DNA of 60,984 nt. Source: Phoronis australis (taxonomy: Eukaryota; Animalia; Phoronida). The stretch lies in contig NMRA01000303.1 in NCBI GenBank assembly GCA_002633005.1, positions 459,947-520,930 of the forward strand, in the 5' to 3' direction. Below, in pieces: positions 40,793 to 53,000 of this stretch; the stretch's first letter is position 1, and the number at the start of each line of letters is the position of its first letter. Made by a program: the position numbers and the translations under genes. The notes beneath the pieces are model-generated. The model was not told the DNA's origin. It made no database searches and saw only the letters and a program-made list of their open reading frames with translations.

Positions 40793-41690
40793 CGGATAAT
40801 GGAGGTACGGAGGACACACCGAATGGGCGACTAAAAACGCCATCAGCATATCACTTCTGAGCGTTACGGGCCTATTCTCCTTTATAATTGTGTTTGGGTC
40901 CCTATAGAGAAACCGATTGGAATGCACGCTGACCTCTGCCTTCGAATGTGTGTGGTTGAGCAGTCTTTCTGCGACATCCTAGATTAACCACTGCAGACTA
41001 GAAGTAAATACCCACTCGTGTGTCAAAAATAGGCCTACATGTTTGTGAATAAGGTGTTTTTTCGAGTTCAATGGAATTTTAAAATTCAGAGCTCAAGGTG
41101 TCTACTAGCACTGGGAGCACGCAAATACATCTTTAAATCTTACGTTGATGGAGTAGAGTAAGTTTCAAAGCAACCAGAAACCCGTATGTCATAAACAATC
41201 AACTTTTGATTTAGACAACATGCACTGTAAATTGTCCCTTTGTCAGATTGGGGGTAAAATCTGGTATTCAAAGAAATGACATTTCAAATTGTTCGAGATC
41301 AAACCCTGCAATTACAAGTTTGTAACTCATTTATGAACCGAAATGCTCTCGGAGTATAACGAACTGCAAATACTTCGCAAACACAGACAGTATTTCTGAG
41401 CGAGGAAAAAGGCGAGGTCCATTTTATAGCGTCAAGTGTTCTAAATCAAACGTCTTTAGTTTGGACAGATTTATGCAATTGCTTTAAAAAGCTTTCGTTC
41501 GAATTGTAGCCAATAGATAGCGCCATGAAGAGTTAATCACCAAATTCACGTCACGTTTTCAACAAAATATTGTTCGTAAACATAGAGAGAAGCCATTCAA
41601 TTAATATGTCTGAAACTCTTGACAGACATCATTCGTTTTTTTGTACCCTTAAAAATAGTGAAATTCACACTGGTTCTATCATCATTTTAG

Positions 41691-41947
41691 GGAGTGTCTT
41701 AAAGTGCCTCCAGGAGAGAACTTGCTGCGTCAGTGATGGTATCGCTTTCATTACTGACGACTGTGTCAACTACACCATGTTGAAGTACCGCGTAGCAAAC
41801 ATAACAGACAACGTGCACGAGCACTTCGAATTCCGGAAGTGTGAGGCCCCCAATAAACATTTCAATGTTCACCCAACTGTATGCTCGTGCGACAAGATAG
41901 AGAACGCGGCCGAGTGCAAGTACAAATGGAGACACAACGAATTATAA
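41691..41947 (+). CDS. NIDO + CBM14-like gene 2, last exon: 8-Cys module
   Basis: TTTTAG acceptor (phase 1). VLKCLQERTCC...DDCVNY...KCEAPNKHFNVHPTVCSCD...C then TAA. Same Cys framework as the gene 1 last exon. Confidence 0.88.
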
Positions 41948-42322
41948 CGTTTTCGCTTTGTTTATAAATACGTAGTTAATTCTCTTTTAAATATATTAAT
42001 TTGTTATGTTTGAATTGTTTTTCCTTCGGCGTTCTTTGCTTGTGAACTGCAAGTCCTTAGCGACACTCATCTAGAGATTTTACAATTTAATCTAGTCATC
42101 GGAATATCCTTCGAGACAAAAACTTAGTGTGAGAGCAAAACTAACAAATATCCCTGCTGTTTTCCAGGAAAAACACATGATTGATTGGATTTAAGACTCT
42201 GATCTATAAAATGAAATTTAAGAGTCGTTCGGCGCATAGCTGTGTTCACTGGAGCTTACGATGTGTCTCAAGTGAAACTTGAAATCTATTCGCTGCATAT
42301 GAGAAAGATTGAAATCAAATAT

Positions 42323-42421
42323 CAGCCAATCATAAGGTACACTGTAACAGCCAATCATAAGGTACACTGTAACAGCCAATCATAAGGTACACTGTAACAG
42401 CCAATCATAAGGTACACTGTA
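42323..42421. repeat. 25-bp VNTR (CAGCCAATCATAAGGTACACTGTAA) x4
   Basis: Directly visible. Confidence 0.97.
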
Positions 42422-43203
42422 CATGATTTTCATATAAAGCAATTAAAAGCTGCATAAGCCGAAAATGAAATGATAACTTTGAAAACTCTAACAGCATATT
42501 TGAGATTTCATCTTACGCAATTTTACATAAATTTAATCACGTTATTATCACGTTGTTTTGCAATTAAAGTACGTATATTTTTGCAAACTGTCACTAAAAT
42601 GGTCACGTTAGCCAATCAGTTTGGTAAAAATTTAATTTTGTAGGCTTCATACTTTAGGAAATAATGTACTTTCAAAATTTTACCAATTTTAAATGTATAG
42701 TTTTGTAGATATTTGGACTAAATCCACAGACTCCTTGGTAAAGTCATACATAACGTTAACTCAATGTAGCACTTAATCGGCAAGTTGTTAAACTTTGTCA
42801 GTGGAGGAAGTGTCACCTACTAGGTTGAATGTCCAGCCACTGTTCTCAAGGTAGTGGGTTTATATGCCACTGGACCCCACTGCTAGACCATCGTGTCAGG
42901 TATATATTTATATGCCACTGGACCCCACTGCCAGACCATCGTGTCAGGTAACTCCTTGGCTCAGTCCTTAATTTGTGTGAACTTGTTATGCGTACCAGAC
43001 CACCTGTACATTTTTATGAACTGTATCTGCCTAAATACCCACAAAGAAACTCCAGTGTATCAACATGGCCACGGTTTTTAGTATGAGGCTACAAAGTGAA
43101 AGTATGTGTAGCTCACTTATGCAAAAGAGCTGTGTATTTCAGGTCTATTTGTTAACGAATCACTATTCAAAAGTTGCCTCGTTTTCACGTTCAATGCCTT
43201 TAA

Positions 43204-44696
43204 GAGGCATTACCTGAGAAAACCTGCAAAATTGCAAAATTTTGGCTGCGGCACTTTCAACAATTAAGTTGATACTTTGCACACCAATTTGTACTCACAT
43301 ATGAATGACTAAATCACGTATGTTTTTATCTGAAGTCATTCTATAAAACAATAATAAATATCCTCCGTCGTGTTTTTTTTCACACACAGGACAAGAATGT
43401 CCAAAAAGACAAAAAGAATGCCAACACTCACAGAGCTGGAAGCCAGTTTGTGACTTCGAATGATCATAATTAGTGGAATTGAAACCATTGTTGAGCTTGA
43501 GAATTGATTTCGTTAAGCATCTGTGTGAATTTGTATTTCATCTCGACTTTTTGTTAACGCACTAAATTTGACCGAACATCACTTCAGTTAGGCCTTGGTT
43601 AGGCTTAGCAAATCCCGAAGTTTTCCGATAATAGAAGTCCGACTGTGAAAAAGTAGTTCCAAGTTATATTTAAAAAAGTGGCGTCTTAGTACAGAAAAAA
43701 CTTTATTATTCTCCGTAATACTATTTTGAACTTTGGGATAATTCATCCTTTTTTGACAATCCGACTTTATTCGGAGGCACTTTCGCATAATTGTCTTGGC
43801 AATTATCAGCGAAGGTCGATGTCACGTGACATACCGAAACTCATCAAATTGCGTATTTTAACAGAAACAGAGCATAAAATTACAATTTGTGCCTATATCA
43901 TTCCTCATAATGAATTGTATGTAGAACAAAACTATATTTGAATAAAATACAAAGAGTTTAACTGAGCTTACAACAAGAATTCTAGTTTTGAGAGTACATG
44001 TACAAGGGAAGGATGACACAAGAACGGCGACCCTTGTGGGGACGTGTTGTTCATTCTCTACAAAATCCACAGTAAATTGTTCTGAAGTAGGAATAAAAAG
44101 AATCTGACGAGTGTTATGAGCTGTGACAGAGATATTTCCAAATATCTGCGGTACATAAACATATCGGGGGACGTAACGGAGTGGAAATTCCTGTTGAACC
44201 GAGCAGGATTTGACGAGGGCTCGGCTGCTGAACTGACGGTGTGTCCCCTTCATAGGAACAAGTTTGGTGTAGAGTTCTTCCCATCTAAACTCTGTGCCTA
44301 CCCAGATCATGGAAGGAAGAAGAAGAGGCGTCCTAAAGCTCCGAGAGGTTGTCGCACAATGAATTTAGCTATGTTGGAGGAGATAAGAACTGAGAGAAAT
44401 GTGGTCCTGCCCATTGGATCAGGTGTGCATTGTTTAATTCTGCCTTCTAACTTAACCTGACAACCAGTTACTGCTGAATAACAAGCATCATTGTTTGGTA
44501 GTCACTAGTTTGCATTTATTTTTTTAAAGCAAATGTCTTGTGATATAGTACATTTAAGAAAAGGACCTGTGCATTACCACAGGCGACCTCAGCTTCTGAT
44601 GGTCCCCAGTACACTACATTCAATACTACAAGGTACGACACTCGGGACTAGAAATTCCACTGGTGCTTCGATTCAGCCATCCATATCAAACACATA
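43204..44696 (+). mobile_element. Left part of a Sola3-like DNA transposon (copy A)
   Basis: TTAA|GAGGCATTACCTGAGAAAACCTGC terminus. Cys/His-rich N-terminal exon LLNRAGF..TVCPLHR..CAYPDH..VLPIGSG followed by a GT donor. Confidence 0.6.
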
Positions 44697-47324
44697 CATG
44701 ACGAATCTATCCCTGCTGAAAATTCAAGCCAAAACCCAATTAGAATTGTTAACTGAAGCGTAAGTTTCAATTACCCCATTCCCTGCCAACACAATAGAGA
44801 GCCAGCTGACTGGGCTGCCTCAGTTAAGAAAGCATCATAAAATTCTCCAACTGAATAGGACTACTTGTGACCTTCCTTTTGACCTGGATTTTCATATGGA
44901 GGAACCAGAAACCTTTTATATGGTATTTACATTGGCTGAGAACGAATTTTGTAGAACCGATACATCCCAATAGTTTGGTTGCACTTACATTGCAATTATT
45001 TTACAATAAATGAAGTAATATGAAAGATAAGCAATATATCTAATCACACAAGTTTTTTTTTTTAAACATGCATACAAATAGATATAATAGGAAAAAGGAA
45101 ACAACTTTACCCAGAAAATAAACATGACTGTACAAAACTCTAGTTTATAAAAAATAATATTGAGAACCTAGGGACAAAGTGAGATCTGTTAAAAAATACA
45201 CATCTGTAAATGTTGCGCATCAAAATATATAAACACCTCAACTTAAAAAATATACACACATTTAAGTTATGAGCTTCCAAGTTAACAAAATATGATCAAC
45301 AAAATACTTATTGTTGAAGGTAAAAACATACCAGTACCATTGTGATGATAGAAAAAATTATGCACACCTTTAATCGCATTTGTTTGGGACAAAATATGAG
45401 TACGAACTTTTAAATCAGCGCATATGTGAACAACGGCAACGACAGCAACAACAAAATACTTGTAATTGGAGGTAAAAACAGACCATTACAATTGTGATAA
45501 TAGAAGAAACCGATGCATATCTTTAATCACATTTGTTTTTAGCCAAACTATGCTTTTAAGGGGCATCAACAACAGGATGCAATACAGTAGACAATAATAC
45601 ATAAAATAATAATTAGATACAGGTAACAAAGCAGCAATTAATAACAAGTTAAGGGTGAAATTTTGACCAGGAGAGATGACACTAAATAGTGAGGGCATGA
45701 ATAATAATGAAAAATGACATAATTAAGAAAGGTAAAGTGTAAGAATGGGTAAGTAAATTACAGCCACTTTTTACTATTAAGTTTAACAGTATTAATTGAA
45801 TTAGGGCATTTAATTTCTGGGCTAAGAGAATTCTTTATTACAGCAGCAGCATAAATAAGAGATCTCTCCCCGCTCTCAGTTTTAATTATTTCAAAACAAA
45901 CATTACCAGCCAGGGAAGGTGTAAAGAATATAGCTTGACAGCTGCCGAATTTGTGGCCAAGATATGTTGAAGCAAAGCCATCGACACATCTGTTACATGC
46001 AACAGGCAGAGAGATATTTATTTCTTATTATTTTAATACAAAGTGAAACTTCACATTTCATCAACTTATATCAACATCAGAATTACTTAATAATCACTGA
46101 AACAAAGTATACACTAAACATCAGCATGGCATGAGCAGAGTGTACAATAAGTCTAAGTAGTAATGAACTATATACAATAATCTACTTTACAAAACCCTTT
46201 TAATATTATAAAACACTTGTTTAAGGTGAGATCAATTACAAAACTAACAGCAGCAACAAGTCAATGGCCTGGTTCTCAACATTAGAAATGAACCAGAGGG
46301 CCAGACCAAAAAGAAATGAGCAAACCATGACACAAAAAATAAGCCTTGCAACTGCTTCACAAAACTCAACTATTAATAATGTTTGTAAAAATACAAGGGG
46401 AATTTAAGAGCATGGCAGAATCCCTATTCAAAGCAATACCAAATGGCGCTTGGATATGTCCCACCTATATCTCAGTGCAAAACATGAAAAAAATAGATTC
46501 CCTTTAGAGATGTCATGCCAACGACATAGTGTGACATGCAGACAGACCTTTGTGAATACTATGTCTCCGATATCGTGCTATGAGCGACAAAAATTATGCT
46601 AACAACATTGTGTGACATACAGACAGAATGCCAAAGGTTTGGACTTAAAATTGTAAATTTCATAAAAATGAATGAAAAATTCACATAGCTTTCATTTACA
46701 AAACTGAAGCAAAGTTTAAATAACGATGTTCATATAACACTTCTCTATAACACAGCTCAAAAGTAGCACCAAGCAAGCAGCAAGGCACTGCCGCAACCGG
46801 CAAAGTGGTTCTCAGAATTTTGCATGTTAAATAGGACTATTGCAGGCAATTCAACAGTTAACCCAATATGACAAGAACTGTGAACTGACGTTTGTACCTG
46901 GCATTCTGTCCTCGCATTGCATCATTCCTTAAGTCTTCTTTAGCTACTTCTCGCATAAAAACATTCATGTATTTTTTAATCCTTGTTTGGTCTCCATCTT
47001 GTGTTAAGTAGTTCAGTGTCACCATTAAACAATGTTTTTCCATTGGGAGGACACTCTTTCTTTGGGACCTCTGCATTGTTTCCCTTGGACAAATCCACTG
47101 ACTGAAAAAAGGCATACAAAGTTAGAGTTCATAACACGTATCCGACTTGTAGGGTGTAATGCATGTTGAAAATCCCATTCACTTTTCCTCAAAGGCAAGT
47201 ATGAAACACAAAGTATACAGAAGGAAAAATATAAGTTAAATCAAATAAGACTGTAATTTTGTATTTTTTAATGTTAATGGTTTCATCACTTTTGAATGTA
47301 ATTATTGAAGCCTATGAAAATCTA

Positions 47325-47387
47325 GGCAATGACCATCGCCTCTGCTGGCCCAACCAGGTTGGGCCAGCAGAGGCGTTGGTCATTGCC
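47325..47387. repeat. 63-bp near-perfect palindrome
   Basis: GGCAATGACCATCGCCTCTGCTGGCCCAACC-A-GGTTGGGCCAGCAGAGGCGTTGGTCATTGCC: 31-bp arms, 1 mismatch. Confidence 0.95.
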
Positions 47388-47409
47388 AAATAAAAATCTA
47401 TTCGGCGTN

Positions 47410-50011
47410 GGCCGAGTGCAAGTACAAATGGAGACACAACGAATTATAACGTTTTCGCTTTGTTTATAAATACGTAGTTAATTCTGTTTTAAATATATTA
47501 ATTTGTTATGTTTGAATTGTTTTTCCTTCGGCGTTCTTTGCTTGTGAACTGCAAGTCGTTCGCGACACTCATCTAGAGTTTTTACAATTTACTCTAGTCA
47601 TCGGAATATCCTTCGAGACAAAAACTTAGTGTGAGAGCAAAACTAACAAATATCCCTGCTGCTTTCCAGGAAAAACACATGATTGATTGGATTTAAGACT
47701 CTGATCTATAAAATGAAATTTAAGAGTCGTTCGGCGCATAGCTGTGTTCACTGAAGCTTACGATGTGTCTCAAGTGAAACTTGAAATCTATTCGATGCAT
47801 ATGAGAAAGATTGAAATCAAATATCAGCCAATCATAAGGTACACTGAAACAGCAAATCATAAGGTACACTGTAACAGCCAATCATAAGGTACACTGTAAC
47901 AGCCAATCATAAGGTGCACTGTAACAGTCAATCATAAGGTACACTGTAACAGCCAATCAAAAGGCACACTGTACATGATTTTCATATAAAGCAATTAAAA
48001 GTTGCATAAGCCGAAAATGAAATGATAACTTTGAAAACTCTAACAGCATATTTGAGATTTCATCTTACGCAATTTAGCACTTAATCGGCAAGTTGTTAAA
48101 CTTTGTCAGTGGAGGAAGTGTTACCTACTAGGTTGAATGTCCAGCCACTGTTCTCAAGGTAGTGGGTTTATATGCCACTGGACCCCACTGCTAGACCATC
48201 GTGTCAGGTATATATTCATATGCCACTGGACCCCACTGCCAGACCATCGTGTCAGGTATCTAACTCCTTGGCTCGGTCCTTAATTTGTGTGAACTTGTTA
48301 TGCGTACCAGACCACCTGTACATTTTTATGAACTGTATCTGCCTAAATACCCACAAAGAAACTGCAGTGTATCAACATGGCCACGGTTTTTAGTATGAGG
48401 CTACAAATTGAAAGTATGTGTAGCTCACTTATGCAAAAGAGCTGTGTGTTTCATGTCTATTTGTTAACGAATCAATATTTAAAAGTTGCCTCATTTTCAC
48501 GTTCAATGCCTTTAAGAGGCATTACCTGAGAAAACCTGCAAAATTACAAAATGTTGGCTGCGCTGAGGCACTTTCATCAATTAAGTTGATACTTTGCACA
48601 CCAATTTGTACTCACATATGAATGACTAAATCACGTATGTTTTTATCTGGATTCATTCTATAAAACAATAATAAATACCTTCCGTCGTGGTTTTTTCACA
48701 CACAGGACAAGAATGTCCAAAAAGACAAAAAGAATGCCAACACTCACAGAGCTGGAAGCCAGTTTGTGACTTCGAATGATCATAATTAGTGGAATTGAAA
48801 CCATTGTTGAGCTTGAGAATTGATTTCGTTAAGCATCTGTGTGAATTTGTATTTCATCTCGACTTTTTGTTAACGCACTAAAATTGACCGAACATCACTT
48901 CAGTTAGGCCTTGGTTAGGCTTAGCAAATCCCGAAGTTTTCCGATAATAGAAGTCCGATTGTGAAAAAGTGGTTCCAAGTTATATTTAAAAAGTGGTGTC
49001 TTAGTACAGAAAAAACTTTATTATTCTCCGTAATACTATTTGAACTTTGGGATAATTCATCCTTTTTTGACAATCCGACTTTATTCGGAGGCACTTTCGC
49101 ATAATTGTCTTGGCAATTATCAGCGAAGGTCGATGTCACGTGACATACCGAAACTCGTCAAATTGCGTATTTTAACAGAAACAGAGCATAAAATTACAAT
49201 TTGTGTCTGTATCATTCCTCATAATGAATTATATGTAGAACAAAATTATATTTGAATAAAATACAAAGAGTTTAACTGAGCTTACAACAAGAATTCTAGT
49301 TTTGAGAGTACATGTACAAGGGAAGGATGACACAAGAACGGCGACCCTTGTGGGGACGTCTTGTTCCTTCTCTACAAAATCCACAGTAAATTGTTGTGAA
49401 GTAGGGATGAAAAGAATCTGACGAGTGTTCTGAGCTGTGACAGAGATATTTCCAAATATCTGCGGTACATAAACATATCGGAGGACGTAACGGAGTGGAA
49501 ACTTCTGTTGAACCGAGCAGGATTTGACGAGGGCTCGGCTGCTGAACTGACAGTGTATCCCCTTCATAGGAACAAGTTTGGTGTAGAGTTCTTCCTATCT
49601 AAACTCTGTGCCTACCTTGATCATGGAAGGAAGGAGAAGAGGCGTCCTAAAGCTCCGAGAGGTTGTCGCACAATGAATTTAGCTATGTTGGAGGAGATAA
49701 GAACTGAGAGAAATGTGATCCTGCCCATTGGATCAGGTATGCATTGTTTAATTCTGCCTTCTAAGTTAACCTGACAACCAGTTACTGCTGAATAACAAAC
49801 ATCATTGTTTGGTAGTCACTAGTTTGCATTTATTTTTTTTAAGGCAAATGTCTTTTGTTATAGTACATTTAAGAAAAGGACCTGTGCATTACCACAGGCG
49901 ACCTCAGCTTCTGATGGTCCCCAGTACACTACGTTCAATACTACAAGGTACGACACTCGGGACTAGAAATTCCACGGGTGCTTCGTTTCAGCCATCCATA
50001 TCAAACACATA
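47410..50011 (+). repeat. Copy B of the duplication (starts with the last codons of gene 2; probable uncollapsed haplotype)
   Basis: Begins right after the N at 47409 with GGCCGAGTGCAAGTACAAATGG (AECKYKWRHNEL*). Lacks ~240 bp present in copy A (~42524-42766). Confidence 0.95.
47825..47973. repeat. Same 25-bp VNTR x6 (more variant units)
   Basis: Directly visible. Confidence 0.97.
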
Positions 50012-53000
50012 ACTCAATAAATTTACACAAAACAGGGGTTCAACAAACCATGAGCAATTGTTCTTTCTTAACATTCACGGTGTCTTGCTCTACAGCAAGT
50101 TCGCTAGAAATTCGCAGTCAAAGCAGAAAAATGTTCCCAAAAAGCCCAAACACACGTCGCACTTTGACAGTTTGAGATCAAGGACGGTATGGAAATTGCC
50201 GGTGTGTCGCGTTAAGTCACGATCTACACTTATTCGTCCATCCGTGGATGCACCTAAAGTCAGTGTCAAGACTTAAGAGCGCAGATATGAAACCGGGTTC
50301 CTGATACTGTACATGTACTTAGGTAATCGCGAATGGAGCATTTGCAGTACGTGTGTGTAGTTGAGAAATCAATCGCAAGAAAGATTTCTAAATTCATATC
50401 ACCGGATGAACCGTAATCTCCCTCCTGTTGAGGTGTTTACCCTAATTTTTTCAGATGATTACAAGCAAATGGCTGAGGAAGGTTAGGCATTGTAATAGGA
50501 CAAAATAGCCTCAAGAATGTCCGAAGGTGTGAGGGTTTTCCTTACAAATATGTTTAACGATGGCGAGAAAAGTAGCCAAAAAGCAGACCCAGGGCAGTGT
50601 GTTCAGTTCATCAGATCGAAGTTTCCTTCCAAAAAGTGGCGTACAGCGAAACAGATTTCTAGCTTTTTTCACGACTTGCACTTCAAATAAAACGCAAAAC
50701 AGTTTTTGAAGATGAAGACGAAGATGATGTTGCAAATGGTCGACGTATCTGGGAGGAGAAAATTAGGGACGCAGTATTTCGTGAAGTAGGGGTAATGCAC
50801 CCGATTATGTATGTAGGAGAAAATTTGTGTGAGATGGCGAGGGACAAAAAGTTGAGGAATATGAAAGTTGTGAATTTGAAAGAAATTTCTAAGCTGCTGA
50901 ACATAGACATTAAGCTATGTAAGCGTAAATCTGAATTTTTGAATACTGTTACAGGTTACTTAAAGATGTGCGCTTGCCATGCTGATGTCTAGATTATATA
51001 TTTTTAAATGATATATGTGTTCACCCCTTCATCAGCGGGTGCTGACCGAGGTTGGGGGTGTGGGTAGGCATTGTGATGTTTGTAGGAATGGGAAATTGGT
51101 GGTCACATATGCCATTGTATTTCCAAGCTACTTGATTAGGGCTCAAACCTATTGAAATATATTCCAGTTGCTATGCTTAGTCTCATCACAGTGGCTTACT
51201 TCTGTTGCTGAACCCTTGAAAGAGTCGATGCCTTTCTGAGAGTTTTATGGTTTTCTATGAATGCTGAAAGGTATAAAGTGCTGGTGATACGAGTGGAGTG
51301 ATTTTACACGATTTAGGGTGTGCCACTCTTGAACGCTTCCAGTCGGTGGAACCAATATTGGTGCATTTTCTACAATTTTCCATTGCCTTGAAAAGCCTTG
51401 TTACATAACATTAGTCTCGTTGATTCTTTACTGTTGGTGGATGGCACAAAATAAAGTTATTTATGGAGTTTTGACTGATTTACATAGACTTCTGTGCGCC
51501 TTTCATTTAGACTTGTTGTGTGTTGGAAATGATTTGCTTTAGTTTGTTTTTTTGATTTTGATCCAAATTTTGTTTCACACAGTACGTGTAGTTTTCTATG
51601 TAACATTGAGCAGACTTCAAGAGAATTCTGTCAGACTCAGCTAAACTTGGATAAACTTTCTCCAAAATTATTTGACAGATTAGTGGAACTTCTGTGTCCA
51701 TGAAATATAGAAATATTGTCAGCTTTATGTGAAGTTATTGCACCTAGGTGTTGCCTTTCTAGATAAGATGTTATGTATACATTATCTAGTAGTTCATGAT
51801 GGTGCAACTCTGGAGTATTCCAGTTTTCATCTTATTTATGGTTGAAAGTATGGGTTTTAGAAGCTAGTTATGTTTGTTTTTACATTACTTGAAGATCATA
51901 ATACACTAATAGACATTCGAGTTCATTTTCATATGAAATATTTTTTATTTATTATTTGCATTCATTGTCTTAAGATTCTTGCAGTTTAATGACCTCTTTT
52001 CATAGAATCGCACGCTCTGTCCAGAGTTAGATGTTGATCTATTAAGGCCATACATGTAATGACTACTAGACAGACAATCCACAAGTAAAACAATGATGTG
52101 CGTGACTGGACCATGTTTCATGGTACGAAGGTCACCATAGACTATTTAACATGTGAGGAAACTTGTTGTTTCTGTTCCGTCTTCACAATTCTAAAATGCA
52201 TTGAAGTTTTCCTTTGTAACTCCATTTCAAAAATGAAGTGAAAGTTATTGCAAAATAAACACACCGTCATGTTTGTTCGATACTAATATTAAGAGACCTT
52301 TTCAACATTGATTTTATTACAAAACCATTAGCCCATTACTGAACTTACAGACTCATAATTGTCGGCATGTACAATTAATTTCTGCCCAGTGAAACTGGAA
52401 AACAAAAAAGGATGGTAGAAAATTATAATCTGATGTGAGATGGAAAACTCAGTGTTTCAGGCATTAAAGTCATAGGCGGATTTGGGGGGGAGGGCAGCAG
52501 GTAAGGAAAATTAAACATCAGCAGCGTGAAGAATTATCGAGTGCACCAATTTGGAATGGCAGTGGGGGGGGNAGTCCGGTAGAATTTGGGTACACCAGGG
52601 TCCACATCGCCAGTCCCCGCAACTTCTTTTCGGGCGGCCTGTGCATACGAAAGTAACCTCAGTTTAAAAAATAATGCGGAGTTCCTGTTGATGGGCAATG
52701 GTGATTATAAATTTAGGGGTTCTAAAAAATTGAAATCGAAAGCACATTTTTCTTGGTGGCGTGCAGCTTTGAATTGACACTGACGATTCTTATTGTGGGT
52801 ACTAAAGTGTCCTATTATTAAATAAGAATAAACCCTGGTGCGATTTTTGGGGGTTGTGCATATATGGTATACAATGATTTAATTTTTCACAGACCACATT
52901 TTCAAAGTCGGCGGCTTTTTCAAAACTGTCTGTAGATTTCATAACTTGTGTAACTGAATGTTCTGCATAGAAAGTGAATATTCTACATTCGACAACTTGC

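Larger units (their letters stand above)
41908..44696 (+). repeat. Copy A of a ~2.7-kb near-identical duplication
   Basis: Colinear with 47410-50011 apart from scattered substitutions and indels. Confidence 0.97.

Noticed and set aside
47410-47449. Third NIDO/CBM gene copy
   Set aside because: Only the last ~12 codons, identical to gene 2 and starting at an N; best explained as allelic overlap.
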